Positions 37,474-45,282 of a stretch of 64,000 nt of DNA are shown here, in pieces. Every line of letters begins with the position of its first letter. Within the stretch, counting starts at the first letter, position 1. Location: positions 133,793 to 197,792 of IMG/VR virus record IMGVR_UViG_3300032401_000001; one strand, 5' to 3'. The notes under the pieces were generated by a model. It had not been told where the DNA came from. It did not search any database and saw nothing but the letters and a program-made list of their open reading frames with translations. The position numbers were made by a program, and so were the translations under genes. The DNA is from a virus.

Positions 37474-38847
37474 CTACGCCGTGTGCCGGATGGCGCGGAT
37501 GCGGGAGAGCAGGTCGGAGCCTTCCTTCTTCTCCTCTTCCTTCTCCTTCTTCTCGTGCTCCTCGTGCTTCTCGTCCTTCTTGTCGCCGTTGTCGCCGTTC
37601 TTCTTGGCGTCGATCACGGCTTGAAGGGCGGGGGGCAGCTCGCCGGCCTGCTTCTGGTTGGACCGGGTACGATCCTGGCGGCCGGAGTTGCCCTGGTAGC
37701 GCCGCCGGCTGGAGACCGACGCGTGCTTCTCGGCGATCGCGAAGGCCTGGTCGTTCGTGGCCCCGGCTTCCTTGGCGATCACGCCAAGGTACTCGGTCCG
37801 CTCCACGTCGTTCATGCCGATCATGCGCCGCACATGGGCGATCTTGTCCTCGTCGGCGAGGGTCTTGGGCAGGAAGGCTGCGACCTCTTCGGCGGTCTTC
37901 TTGAAGAGCGTCAGGAAGGGGTCGGTCTCGCTGGTCTTGGAGTTCTCGACGATCGAGTTGGCGCTGCTGGGCGGCAGGGCGCCGGGCGGCGACTCGGCGG
38001 GCGCGTTCGGATGGGCTTGCTCGACGCCGACGTTGGCGCCGGTCGGCACCGTCAGGTCGGTCTCGCCCATGCCGGGACGGCCGAGGTGCGCGTAGCCCTC
38101 GGGCCGATTCCGCGCTTCCATCTGGGTCTCGGCGGCCGGCGCTTCGGCCATCGTGTTGCCCTTGTCGCCACCTTCGATGGTCGAGCCTTCGGCCTGCTTC
38201 TGCAGGGCGACGCGCTGGATGATCTCGCGCAGGCTGCCCATCTTCGATTGCTGGATGACGCTGTTGGAGCCGCTCGGGCTCTCCTTCGGGGCGGCGGGCT
38301 GGGGCTGCTCGTTGCCGATGATGCCCGTGCCGCGCCCGGCACCCGAGGCGGTGCCGCCGACGCCGGAGACGCCCATGTTGGCGTACTGCTCGGGCCGGTT
38401 CTTGTTCTCCATCTGGGCTTCGGCCTGGGCGGTGCCCGTCGGCGAGTTGCCCTTGTCGCCACCTTCGATGGTCGAACCCTCGGCGTGCTTGACCTCTTCC
38501 GCGGCCTTCATCATGCAGGCGTAGGCCTGGGTGCCGGCGCGTGTGTCGAGGTCCTGTGCCGCGGAGGTCTTGAGGGCGGCTTCCTCGGGCATCGGTGGGG
38601 CACCCTCGGGGGCCAGACCTTCGCCCTGCGTCTCGGACACCAGCTTGGTGGCCGCGTCGACGAGCGTGGCTGCGACGTCGGCGGCGGTCTCCGGGGACAC
38701 CGGTTCACCGGCGGGTTCGGCGGGCAGCTGGTCACCGACGGCATCGGCGATCTCGTCAGCGGCCTCCTTGACGGGGTAGCGGATGAGCCCCAGACGCACG
38801 AGCTCGTCGTTGACTCCTCGGACGTATGCGCGCTTGAACAGTGACAT
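37474..38847 (-). CDS. Repetitive internal head polyprotein (start MSLFKRAY)
   Basis: 97-aa duplication; more than ten K-x-[ASG] motifs; charged C-terminus; SD GGAGGAG. Confidence 0.7.
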   Translation of the reverse strand: MSLFKRAYVRGVNDELVRLGLIRYPVKEAADEIADAVGDQLPAEPAGEPVSPETAADVAATLVDAATKLVSETQGEGLAPEGAPPMPEEAALKTSAAQDLDTRAGTQAYACMMKAAEEVKHAEGSTIEGGDKGNSPTGTAQAEAQMENKNRPEQYANMGVSGVGGTASGAGRGTGIIGNEQPQPAAPKESPSGSNSVIQQSKMGSLREIIQRVALQKQAEGSTIEGGDKGNTMAEAPAAETQMEARNRPEGYAHLGRPGMGETDLTVPTGANVGVEQAHPNAPAESPPGALPPSSANSIVENSKTSETDPFLTLFKKTAEEVAAFLPKTLADEDKIAHVRRMIGMNDVERTEYLGVIAKEAGATNDQAFAIAEKHASVSSRRRYQGNSGRQDRTRSNQKQAGELPPALQAVIDAKKNGDNGDKKDEKHEEHEKKEKEEEKKEGSDLLSRIRAIRHTA

Positions 38848-38896
38848 CGTTCTCTCCTCCACGGCGGGCCGCAGCGGTTGCTTGGCGAAAGGCTGT

Positions 38897-38910
38897 CCAA
38901 TGATAGGACG
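38897..38910 (-). promoter_or_regulatory. Putative late promoter CGTCCTATCATTGG
   Basis: Second identical copy; TTGTGA lies 17 nt upstream of the TATCAT box. Confidence 0.65.
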
Positions 38911-38952
38911 TACTCTCGGCTTTCACAAGGTTTACCACCGGCTTCGGATACC

Positions 38953-40767
38953 TCAGTAGCGTTCGGGAGGCCCGGTGCCGAACGACTCGCCCATGACGAG
39001 CGCGGGAACGGGGTGCGTACCGTGCAGCTCAGCCGTTTCACCGAAGGCGGCACCCTCGAGAATGGAGTCTTTGAGGTTGCGATGGGCCAGCCGGGCTAGC
39101 CAGTCTGGCCGCAGCAACGGGGCGCGGCTGATGGGCTTCATGAGGGGTTCGTGCAACGGAATGCGCGGGGCGATGGGCACCGTTTTGATGCCGACGCGGC
39201 GCAGGTCCAAGGCTACCGCGGGGGTCACACGCGTGCCGGCGGTGTAGTGGAGCACGTTGTTGCCAAGGGTCTCGCCCAGGGCGTCGGTCACCGACATCAC
39301 CTTGGTGTGCTCAGCGACCAGGTTGCGGAACCGGTTGTAGTCGATGACGTCGCCGCGCAGGAGCCCGAGTTGTTCCGCGTCTCGGTCCATGATCTTGACG
39401 TAGTTCAGATCGGTCTTCGCCAGCAGCTCGAGGTGGCGGCGGTCCAGGTCGAGACCGTGTCGTTTGTAGATGCCTTGCAGCTGATCGACGAGGTACTGGC
39501 GGCCTACCCCTAGTCCTTTATGACGTACGACATCGTCGGGACGGGGGATGCCATCGGAGAGCGCGTCGCCGGCTTCGATCTTGTCACCTCGACGCACGGT
39601 CACATCTAGGATCGGCGGTACGTAGTGCTGTTCTTGATCGACCGTGACGTAGTGACCACCCTGTGGTGCTGCGGCGACTGCCGTCACGGTGCCAGGCTGT
39701 TCTGAGAGCACGGCGCGGTTGAAGAAGCTCTGCGGAATCTCAGTGAGCTGCTTGAGGCCCGACAGGCCACTCAGCACAACTTTCCGTGAGGCGGTGGTAC
39801 GGGCGGCGTGTTTCGCGTTGAGTGCCATCTGGGTGAGGGGTTCACCCATGGCGTGCGCCGCGATCATGCCGACGTTGTCGCCGATGCGTGCGTTCTGGCC
39901 GCGGTTGTTCAAGCCGTAGCAGCGCTGGCAGACACCGTGCGGGGCTTCACAGGTCATCGGTGAACGCAGCACTACCGTCTTACTATGGAGTCGACTCGCC
40001 AGTTGACCCGTGAGCAACGTGCCGGCGGGGATACCTTCACTGGACTTGGCGAGATAACGGTCTCGGGCTTGCGGGTCATCGGCGAGCATCGCCAGGCCGT
40101 TGGTGGTGCCGCAGTCCGGCACCGTGATGAGCTGGTCACCCATGTTGCCGATGAGCAGCTTGCTGATTTCGCCCGGTGCGGAAACGGAGGTATTCGATTC
40201 AACGGCGTTGCGGCGAGCTTCACCCAAGGCGATCCAGGCGTCGATGGGTTTGAGCCCCTCGGCGTAGCTCTTGCTGATGATCCACGGTACGGTGCGCCCG
40301 CGGTCATCGGTAACTGCCACCGGTGACGTCACGGTGCGCATGACCTGGGGCATGCTGCCGCGAGCACCACTGCGGACCATCATCGCGGCCTGGCCGGGGT
40401 GATGCTTGGTGATTTCGATGATCTTGGGTTGCAGGTCTTCGATGAGCTTGATGCGGGCCTGGAGATCGTGGGTGCGCTTCACCTGCGCCAGCACAGGTTC
40501 GAGCAGCGGGTCACGCACGGCGTATTCGGGTTCGATGTCGTCTAACCCGACGGTGACGCCTTCGTCGGTAGCGACGGCATCCCCGATACGCTTGATGTCG
40601 GAGATGGCCTGCACATAGCGTGGGGCGTCGTTACGCGCCAGATCTGACATCAACGCATTGAGCTCGTGCCGCGCCAGTGGTTGAGTGACGTGATGCGACG
40701 CGGGCAGGGCTTCGTTCAACAGCAGTCGACCGATGGTGGTCGTCGCTGGTTTGCGCTTGGTCGGCAT
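38953..40767 (-). CDS. rpoC: Phage RNA polymerase beta' subunit, C-terminal half
   Basis: TTIGR; SGARGS; DCGT and TCEAPHGVCQRCYG Zn site; trigger loop GEPLTQMALNAKH; DRRHLELL; C-terminal G.SFGTG. Confidence 0.95.
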   Translation of the reverse strand: MPTKRKPATTTIGRLLLNEALPASHHVTQPLARHELNALMSDLARNDAPRYVQAISDIKRIGDAVATDEGVTVGLDDIEPEYAVRDPLLEPVLAQVKRTHDLQARIKLIEDLQPKIIEITKHHPGQAAMMVRSGARGSMPQVMRTVTSPVAVTDDRGRTVPWIISKSYAEGLKPIDAWIALGEARRNAVESNTSVSAPGEISKLLIGNMGDQLITVPDCGTTNGLAMLADDPQARDRYLAKSSEGIPAGTLLTGQLASRLHSKTVVLRSPMTCEAPHGVCQRCYGLNNRGQNARIGDNVGMIAAHAMGEPLTQMALNAKHAARTTASRKVVLSGLSGLKQLTEIPQSFFNRAVLSEQPGTVTAVAAAPQGGHYVTVDQEQHYVPPILDVTVRRGDKIEAGDALSDGIPRPDDVVRHKGLGVGRQYLVDQLQGIYKRHGLDLDRRHLELLAKTDLNYVKIMDRDAEQLGLLRGDVIDYNRFRNLVAEHTKVMSVTDALGETLGNNVLHYTAGTRVTPAVALDLRRVGIKTVPIAPRIPLHEPLMKPISRAPLLRPDWLARLAHRNLKDSILEGAAFGETAELHGTHPVPALVMGESFGTGPPERY

Positions 40768-40776
40768 CGGAGAAGA

Positions 40777-41148
40777 TCAACCGCGAGGATTGGCAGGTAC
40801 CATCAGGCCACCCGAGGAACGCCCCTCTTCGACGTGCGTCGATCCACCCCAGGTCGTGAGTCGGTCGAGGTTGTTGGTGTAGGCGTAGTTGGCGTTGTCG
40901 GGGTTACTCCTCCCCTTGATCCCTTCGTCATCCATGTCGCGCAGCAGGCGCGCAAAGCGTTCGGCGCCGATGTTCATGCTCTTCTCGGGAAAGGGCGTGC
41001 CGTGCTGATCACCACCTTCGTTTGGCGGCATCGGGGCGGCGGTCTTGCGCGCCTGGCGCCGTGCCAGCGCGTAGGCGATGTCGTCGCTCATGAGCCCCAA
41101 AGCTTTCAGGGCTTCACCGGCACCGCGACTGAAGAACTCGTCACCCAT
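40777..41148 (-). CDS. Internal head protein with targeting leader
   Basis: FFSRGAGEALKALGL...RKTAA. Confidence 0.6.
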   Translation of the reverse strand: MGDEFFSRGAGEALKALGLMSDDIAYALARRQARKTAAPMPPNEGGDQHGTPFPEKSMNIGAERFARLLRDMDDEGIKGRSNPDNANYAYTNNLDRLTTWGGSTHVEEGRSSGGLMVPANPRG

Positions 41149-41159
41149 GGTAGCTCCGT

Positions 41160-41831
41160 TCAGCGGCCGCTGGTGCCTTCACGCTGGGCACGCGCCAGCA
41201 GCTTGGCGCGCTCCCCGTTGCTGCCGATGACGTCTTCGCTGCCGACGCGACTGAGATGGAGCACCGCGTCGGCGAGGCGCTTCGCCTGTTCTTCCTGGTA
41301 CTGCTTGCCGTAGCCGAGTGAATCGGCGAACTCCATCAATCCCTTGACGACCTGCTTGCTCTTCTCGGCACCAGGTGTGGCTTGACCGTCACCGTGCAGG
41401 ATGCGACGTTCGGCTTCTTCTTCGGCGGCGGCGACAAGTTGCTTGGCCTTGTCGGTGAGCAGCTTCTCGACTTCGGCGGGGACGTCGAGATTGTACTTCG
41501 CTTCGAGCAGCTTGATGAGCTTGCCGAGAAGCACGGTGACGAACGCGGCCAGAAGGGTGCCGATGGCCGTGAGTACCGGCGAGAGCAGCGGCATCCACCA
41601 CTGCTGCACGTTCGCAGCGGCCTTCACGACGGGGGTCGCGGGTTGCGTGGCGGCGATGATCGGCTGCGTGGCGGGCGCCGCTACGGCGATCAGCGGCGGT
41701 ACGACCATGAGCAGGAGCGCCAGGACGAGGAATGCCCCCAGCACGCGGATGCGCCAGGTCAGATGGTGAATCTCGTCATTCCGCATCTGGTCGAGGACGT
41801 TGCGCATCTTGAGCCACGGACGAATCGACAT
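41160..41831 (-). CDS. Holin-like membrane protein (LL-H-type pattern)
   Basis: Two hydrophobic segments, then A..LV.AAEEE.....G.EK...V motif. Confidence 0.5.
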   Translation of the reverse strand: MSIRPWLKMRNVLDQMRNDEIHHLTWRIRVLGAFLVLALLLMVVPPLIAVAAPATQPIIAATQPATPVVKAAANVQQWWMPLLSPVLTAIGTLLAAFVTVLLGKLIKLLEAKYNLDVPAEVEKLLTDKAKQLVAAAEEEAERRILHGDGQATPGAEKSKQVVKGLMEFADSLGYGKQYQEEQAKRLADAVLHLSRVGSEDVIGSNGERAKLLARAQREGTSGR

Positions 41832-41842
41832 GAGGGCTCCTG

Positions 41843-42298
41843 TCAGCGAAGGTTTACCGCGTAAAGCGCGGTGACGATACCCCTAGTATAAGGTATGGAC
41901 GCCTGCTTCACGATGTTGAGATCGGGGTCGGTCTGGTACATCACGGGCTGGTCATGTGGCTGTGGCTGGTCGTCGTACGGCAGCTTCGCGTAGCGCTGCG
42001 CGGAGATTGGCGGCAGCGCATCGCCGCGGAGCTTGGTGCGGATGAAGTCGTCAGCCGCGGCGCTGGCCTTTTCTTGCTTCGCTTCTGCTTCCATCGCCTT
42101 GAGGCGGCGATAGTAGTCGGGAATCTCGGTCAGGTGATCGATGGCGATGTCCGTCTGCTTCGCTGGATCGTCCGTGTGCTCATGTTCGATCTTCTGACCG
42201 GCGGCAACTTCGGCGGCAGAGAAGTCGGACGGCTTCTTGCCCTCTTTTTCGGCGTTGCCGCCGGGGATGCCGCCGGGGAGTGCGTAGGCCATGATCAA
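41843..42298 (-). CDS. DUF5661-like small virion protein
   Basis: G..IE.EHT.D....IA.DHL.E.PDYY..L..ME pattern; EKAS and VKQA motifs; C-terminal YTRGIVTALYAVNL. Confidence 0.6.
   Translation of the reverse strand: MIMAYALPGGIPGGNAEKEGKKPSDFSAAEVAAGQKIEHEHTDDPAKQTDIAIDHLTEIPDYYRRLKAMEAEAKQEKASAAADDFIRTKLRGDALPPISAQRYAKLPYDDQPQPHDQPVMYQTDPDLNIVKQASIPYTRGIVTALYAVNLR
41852..41866. promoter_or_regulatory. Palindrome GTTTAC-CGC-GTAAAG (copy 6)
   Basis: Between the TATACT box (41885) and the start of the second holin-like gene. Confidence 0.8.
41885..41892 (-). promoter_or_regulatory. Putative late -10 element CTTATACT
   Basis: 53 nt upstream of the ATG at 41831. Confidence 0.55.
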
Positions 42299-42504
42299 CC
42301 TCGAGGCACAAGCCCAGTGTCGAGTAGCGCTTGCGCCACGCCGTGCCCGAAGAACCGGCTCTCCTTCTTGCGACCGACGCGCTCGGGGAGCTTCTTGCCC
42401 TTGGGCGTGGTGTCCTCCCAGTGCTTGACGGTGGTCTTCGAGATCTCACCACGGTCAGCCATGGCGTAGAACTTGCCGCGTTGCGCTTGGCTCTTGAAGG
42501 GCAT
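42295..42504 (-). CDS. Small basic MPFKSxAQR-family phage protein
   Basis: MPFKSQAQR.KFYAM..RGEIS...V..W...TP..KKLPERV, then FFGHGVAQALLDTGL. Confidence 0.65.
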   Translation of the reverse strand: MPFKSQAQRGKFYAMADRGEISKTTVKHWEDTTPKGKKLPERVGRKKESRFFGHGVAQALLDTGLVPRG

Positions 42505-42505
42505 G

Positions 42506-44401
42506 TCACTGCTCCTTACGCGTCGGCTGCTTTCGTTCCATCACGCTGACTTTGCCGACACGTGGATCATTGAGAAGGGCGGCGTCATGAAAGCCGAGGC
42601 TTTCGTAGAATCGTTTCGCACCGCGGTTCTTCGAGATACGTTGAAGGGACGTCGCGGGTGTTGGGAGACTCTTCAGCAGCTGTGTGGCAACACCTTGACG
42701 CCGGTGTGGTGGCGACACATAAAGGCCAGTTAAGCGCCCGGTTCCAGGTTCGGCTGCGACGAGTCCACGAAACTTCCCTTCTGGCGTGACATCAAGTTTG
42801 ACCTGATGTGGTGTTCCGAACTCTGACGTACGTAGATCGATGTCGCGGATGTGGAATCGCGCAAGATCTTCTGCGGTGGCGTCGCGGATGTGTTGCGACG
42901 TTTTCTCTTCTGACGGCAGCAGGCCCAGATTCTTGTCGAGGTGCCAGTCCTTGAAGGCCGGCGCACGCAGTGCTCCGGGCTTCTTCGGATGCTCCTTGTC
43001 GTGGTAGAGCCCAAGGGCCTGCACCTTGGCGACGCGGCCGATGTACTTCGCCGGGTTCGACAGCATGTCGCGCTTGAGCGCATGGTCGAGTCCGGTGCCG
43101 ACGTTGCCGACGATCTTGCCCTCGGGGGTCCAGGAGTAGCGGAAGCCGCCGGCCAACTCGGTACGCGCCCCCGTCTCTGGGTAGACCTCACGCACGTAAA
43201 CGTCGTGGTCTGGTCGGAACTTGGCCTTGGTGGGCGGGCCACCGGCGAGGGGCCAGAGCACGACGCCTTCGCTGGTGATGGGTTCCTGCCCGGTGCGAAT
43301 CCGGTTCAGCAGGTCGATCTTCTCTTTCGGCGTCCGCGCCATCGGCGGGAGTTCGAGGAACGGTAGCGACTTGTGGACCTCCCCAAGGATGGACAGTTTC
43401 TTCTCGTAGGGGAGTGACTCCAGGTCTTTCCCGTGGCGCCGCGCGACATCGAAGATGATCGCTCGCAGCGGCGTGTGAGTTTGCAGATCGCGGCTCTTCC
43501 ATACGCCGGAGTTGAGGACGGCGCCCGTATCTTGAGTTCCGCGAGCTCTTCCGGTGTGAGGGTCGGCGGCGACGAGTTCCCCCCGGAGCACCAGTTGGTC
43601 GAGATGATCAGGCACGCGGGTCGTGTATCCCGGCAGGAATCGGTGGCTGTGCTCGATGACCCCGGTGTCGCGTTCGGTAGGACGGTAACTGAAAACCCGT
43701 ACGGGATGACCCGCATCAAGAACGAATGTGTTGTGTGCGCCGTCGACCTTTGCGGCCATGAGTTGCTGATCATTGGTGACGTCGACCTTGTCGGGGGTCG
43801 TCTCCTTGTAGTCGGGCTTGCTCTGGGGAATGTCGGGGCGCTTCTCTTTGGTGATGGTCACGTTCTGCAGCAGCCACTTGTCACCGTGGGTGCGGTGCAG
43901 GACGTACTCGTTGATGTCCTTCCCCTGATAAACGTTGAAGCGTACCTTGTCGCGGTTCGCTTCGACTACGTCGACCGGTTCCTTGAGTGCCATACGGACC
44001 TTGCCGGCGCCGTATCCTGAACCGATCGTCTGCTCACCCTTCTCGCCGAAGTGGAGTGCGTAGTCGGGGGTGTGCGTGAACGTTTGGACGGCGAGCAGGC
44101 GCTCGCCGGGTTCTGGTAGACGAGCTTTCGGGATCGCCCACGAGTGAGCTTTCCCCGCGTCAGGATCAACCAGACGCAGGTCGAAGTGCGCGCGGCCGCC
44201 TGAGCGCGCAGTTTCGTGGTGCTGTACGGCGAGCGTCCAGCGGTTGAGCGTATCGGCGTTGATCGTCGGGAGTGGGGAGACCGGCTTACCCTTGGGGATG
44301 CCCGGGGCGAACTCACCGGGCAGGGCTGCCTGGGCGGTCTTCAGTAGACCGAGGTCCGCCAGCGCGGCGAGGCGACCTCCGATGGTGTAGACCGCGGCCA
44401 C
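42506..44401 (-). CDS. ligD: LigD-type 3'-phosphoesterase + ATP-dependent DNA ligase (NTase/OB) + GNAT fusion
   Basis: QHH...HFDLRL...SWAIPK...H.PDY (PE); AKVDG, LRGEL, IFDV, SEGVV, KAK, VGTG (ligase); LYVSPPHRRQGVATQLL...A.RFYESLGF (GNAT). Confidence 0.9.
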   Translation of the reverse strand: MAAVYTIGGRLAALADLGLLKTAQAALPGEFAPGIPKGKPVSPLPTINADTLNRWTLAVQHHETARSGGRAHFDLRLVDPDAGKAHSWAIPKARLPEPGERLLAVQTFTHTPDYALHFGEKGEQTIGSGYGAGKVRMALKEPVDVVEANRDKVRFNVYQGKDINEYVLHRTHGDKWLLQNVTITKEKRPDIPQSKPDYKETTPDKVDVTNDQQLMAAKVDGAHNTFVLDAGHPVRVFSYRPTERDTGVIEHSHRFLPGYTTRVPDHLDQLVLRGELVAADPHTGRARGTQDTGAVLNSGVWKSRDLQTHTPLRAIIFDVARRHGKDLESLPYEKKLSILGEVHKSLPFLELPPMARTPKEKIDLLNRIRTGQEPITSEGVVLWPLAGGPPTKAKFRPDHDVYVREVYPETGARTELAGGFRYSWTPEGKIVGNVGTGLDHALKRDMLSNPAKYIGRVAKVQALGLYHDKEHPKKPGALRAPAFKDWHLDKNLGLLPSEEKTSQHIRDATAEDLARFHIRDIDLRTSEFGTPHQVKLDVTPEGKFRGLVAAEPGTGRLTGLYVSPPHRRQGVATQLLKSLPTPATSLQRISKNRGAKRFYESLGFHDAALLNDPRVGKVSVMERKQPTRKEQ

Positions 44402-44413
44402 ACAGTGCCTCGC

Positions 44414-44938
44414 CTATCCCTTGCGACCCTTCGCGGTAGTGTGGCCGATGCGCTTGGCGGTGGTCATTTTCTTCTTGTGGGACATCTTGCGCTTCAGCGC
44501 CTGGAAGCGGCCACCGACACCTACTGGAGTACGTGACGCGGATTCACGTGCGCTGCTGGGCCGTCCGTTTCGACCACGAGGGCCACCCAGCTTTTCGAGG
44601 GTGCGCCGTACGATGCCATCGGTGTCGACTTCGAAACCGGCGAACTTCGGTGGTGGCGCCGTGGGGTTGTCGTACTCGGCGTCCTGCATGTCGCGGGCAA
44701 AGTCCGCCGCGGCGCGGGTACGTGCGCCGAGCTTCGTGCTCGAGACGGGGGCCATCGGTGAACCCATCGGGGGCGCAGGGGCGGCCGTGTTCGTCGGGGG
44801 CTGGGCGGCTATGGCCGAAGGCGTCGGTCCGCCCGTCGTGATCGCGGGCGTGGCGCTCGTCTTGACCTGTACGCCGAAGTGCTGCAGTGCCGCCTCAGCA
44901 CCGATGCGAAAGGCCAAGTCGAGATGCCGGTTGCTCAT
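44414..44938 (-). CDS. Internal head protein with leader and very basic C-terminus
   Basis: HLDLAFRIGAEAALQHFGVQVKTSA; G.GGRFQALKRK tail. Confidence 0.65.
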   Translation of the reverse strand: MSNRHLDLAFRIGAEAALQHFGVQVKTSATPAITTGGPTPSAIAAQPPTNTAAPAPPMGSPMAPVSSTKLGARTRAAADFARDMQDAEYDNPTAPPPKFAGFEVDTDGIVRRTLEKLGGPRGRNGRPSSARESASRTPVGVGGRFQALKRKMSHKKKMTTAKRIGHTTAKGRKG

Positions 44939-45024
44939 GCTGACTCCTCAGACGACACGCGCCGCGCCAGGATCCCGGAGGAACGCCAAATTGTCCGGCA
45001 TGTTGGTGCCGGGTTCGGGCGGAA

Positions 45025-45255
45025 CTACGGCGGTCCGCCCGGGGAACGCCCGGGGAGGCGGGTACCCGGGAGATCGGTGGGTAGCTTCGGCGGCGTTGGC
45101 CGCGGCACGATTCCGGGTCCTGGGCGACCGGGCTTAACGTCGGGCGTGGGGATGGGCGGTCGATCTTCCCCCACGGCCACCTTGTTGAGCTCCGTCTCGA
45201 AGTCGTACTGCGCCTGTGCGGCGCCGATCTTGAATGCGGTATCCAGGTGCGACAT
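45025..45255 (-). CDS. Small Pro-rich internal protein with leader
   Basis: MSHLDTAFKIGAAQAQYDFETELNKVA. Confidence 0.65.
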   Translation of the reverse strand: MSHLDTAFKIGAAQAQYDFETELNKVAVGEDRPPIPTPDVKPGRPGPGIVPRPTPPKLPTDLPGTRLPGRSPGGPP

Positions 45256-45282
45256 GGTCTCTCCTTGTAGTTGGGTGAAACG

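Noticed and set aside
1302-38936. Half-sites of the palindrome (for example 1305, 1407, 11764, 27747, 33437, 38930) and TTCCCGTAAA at 28489 and 62153
   Set aside because: Only one arm matches, and such half-sites are expected by chance; not counted among the nine
42506-44401. Complete NHEJ (Ku-LigD) system
   Set aside because: No Ku gene and no primase-polymerase domain in the window
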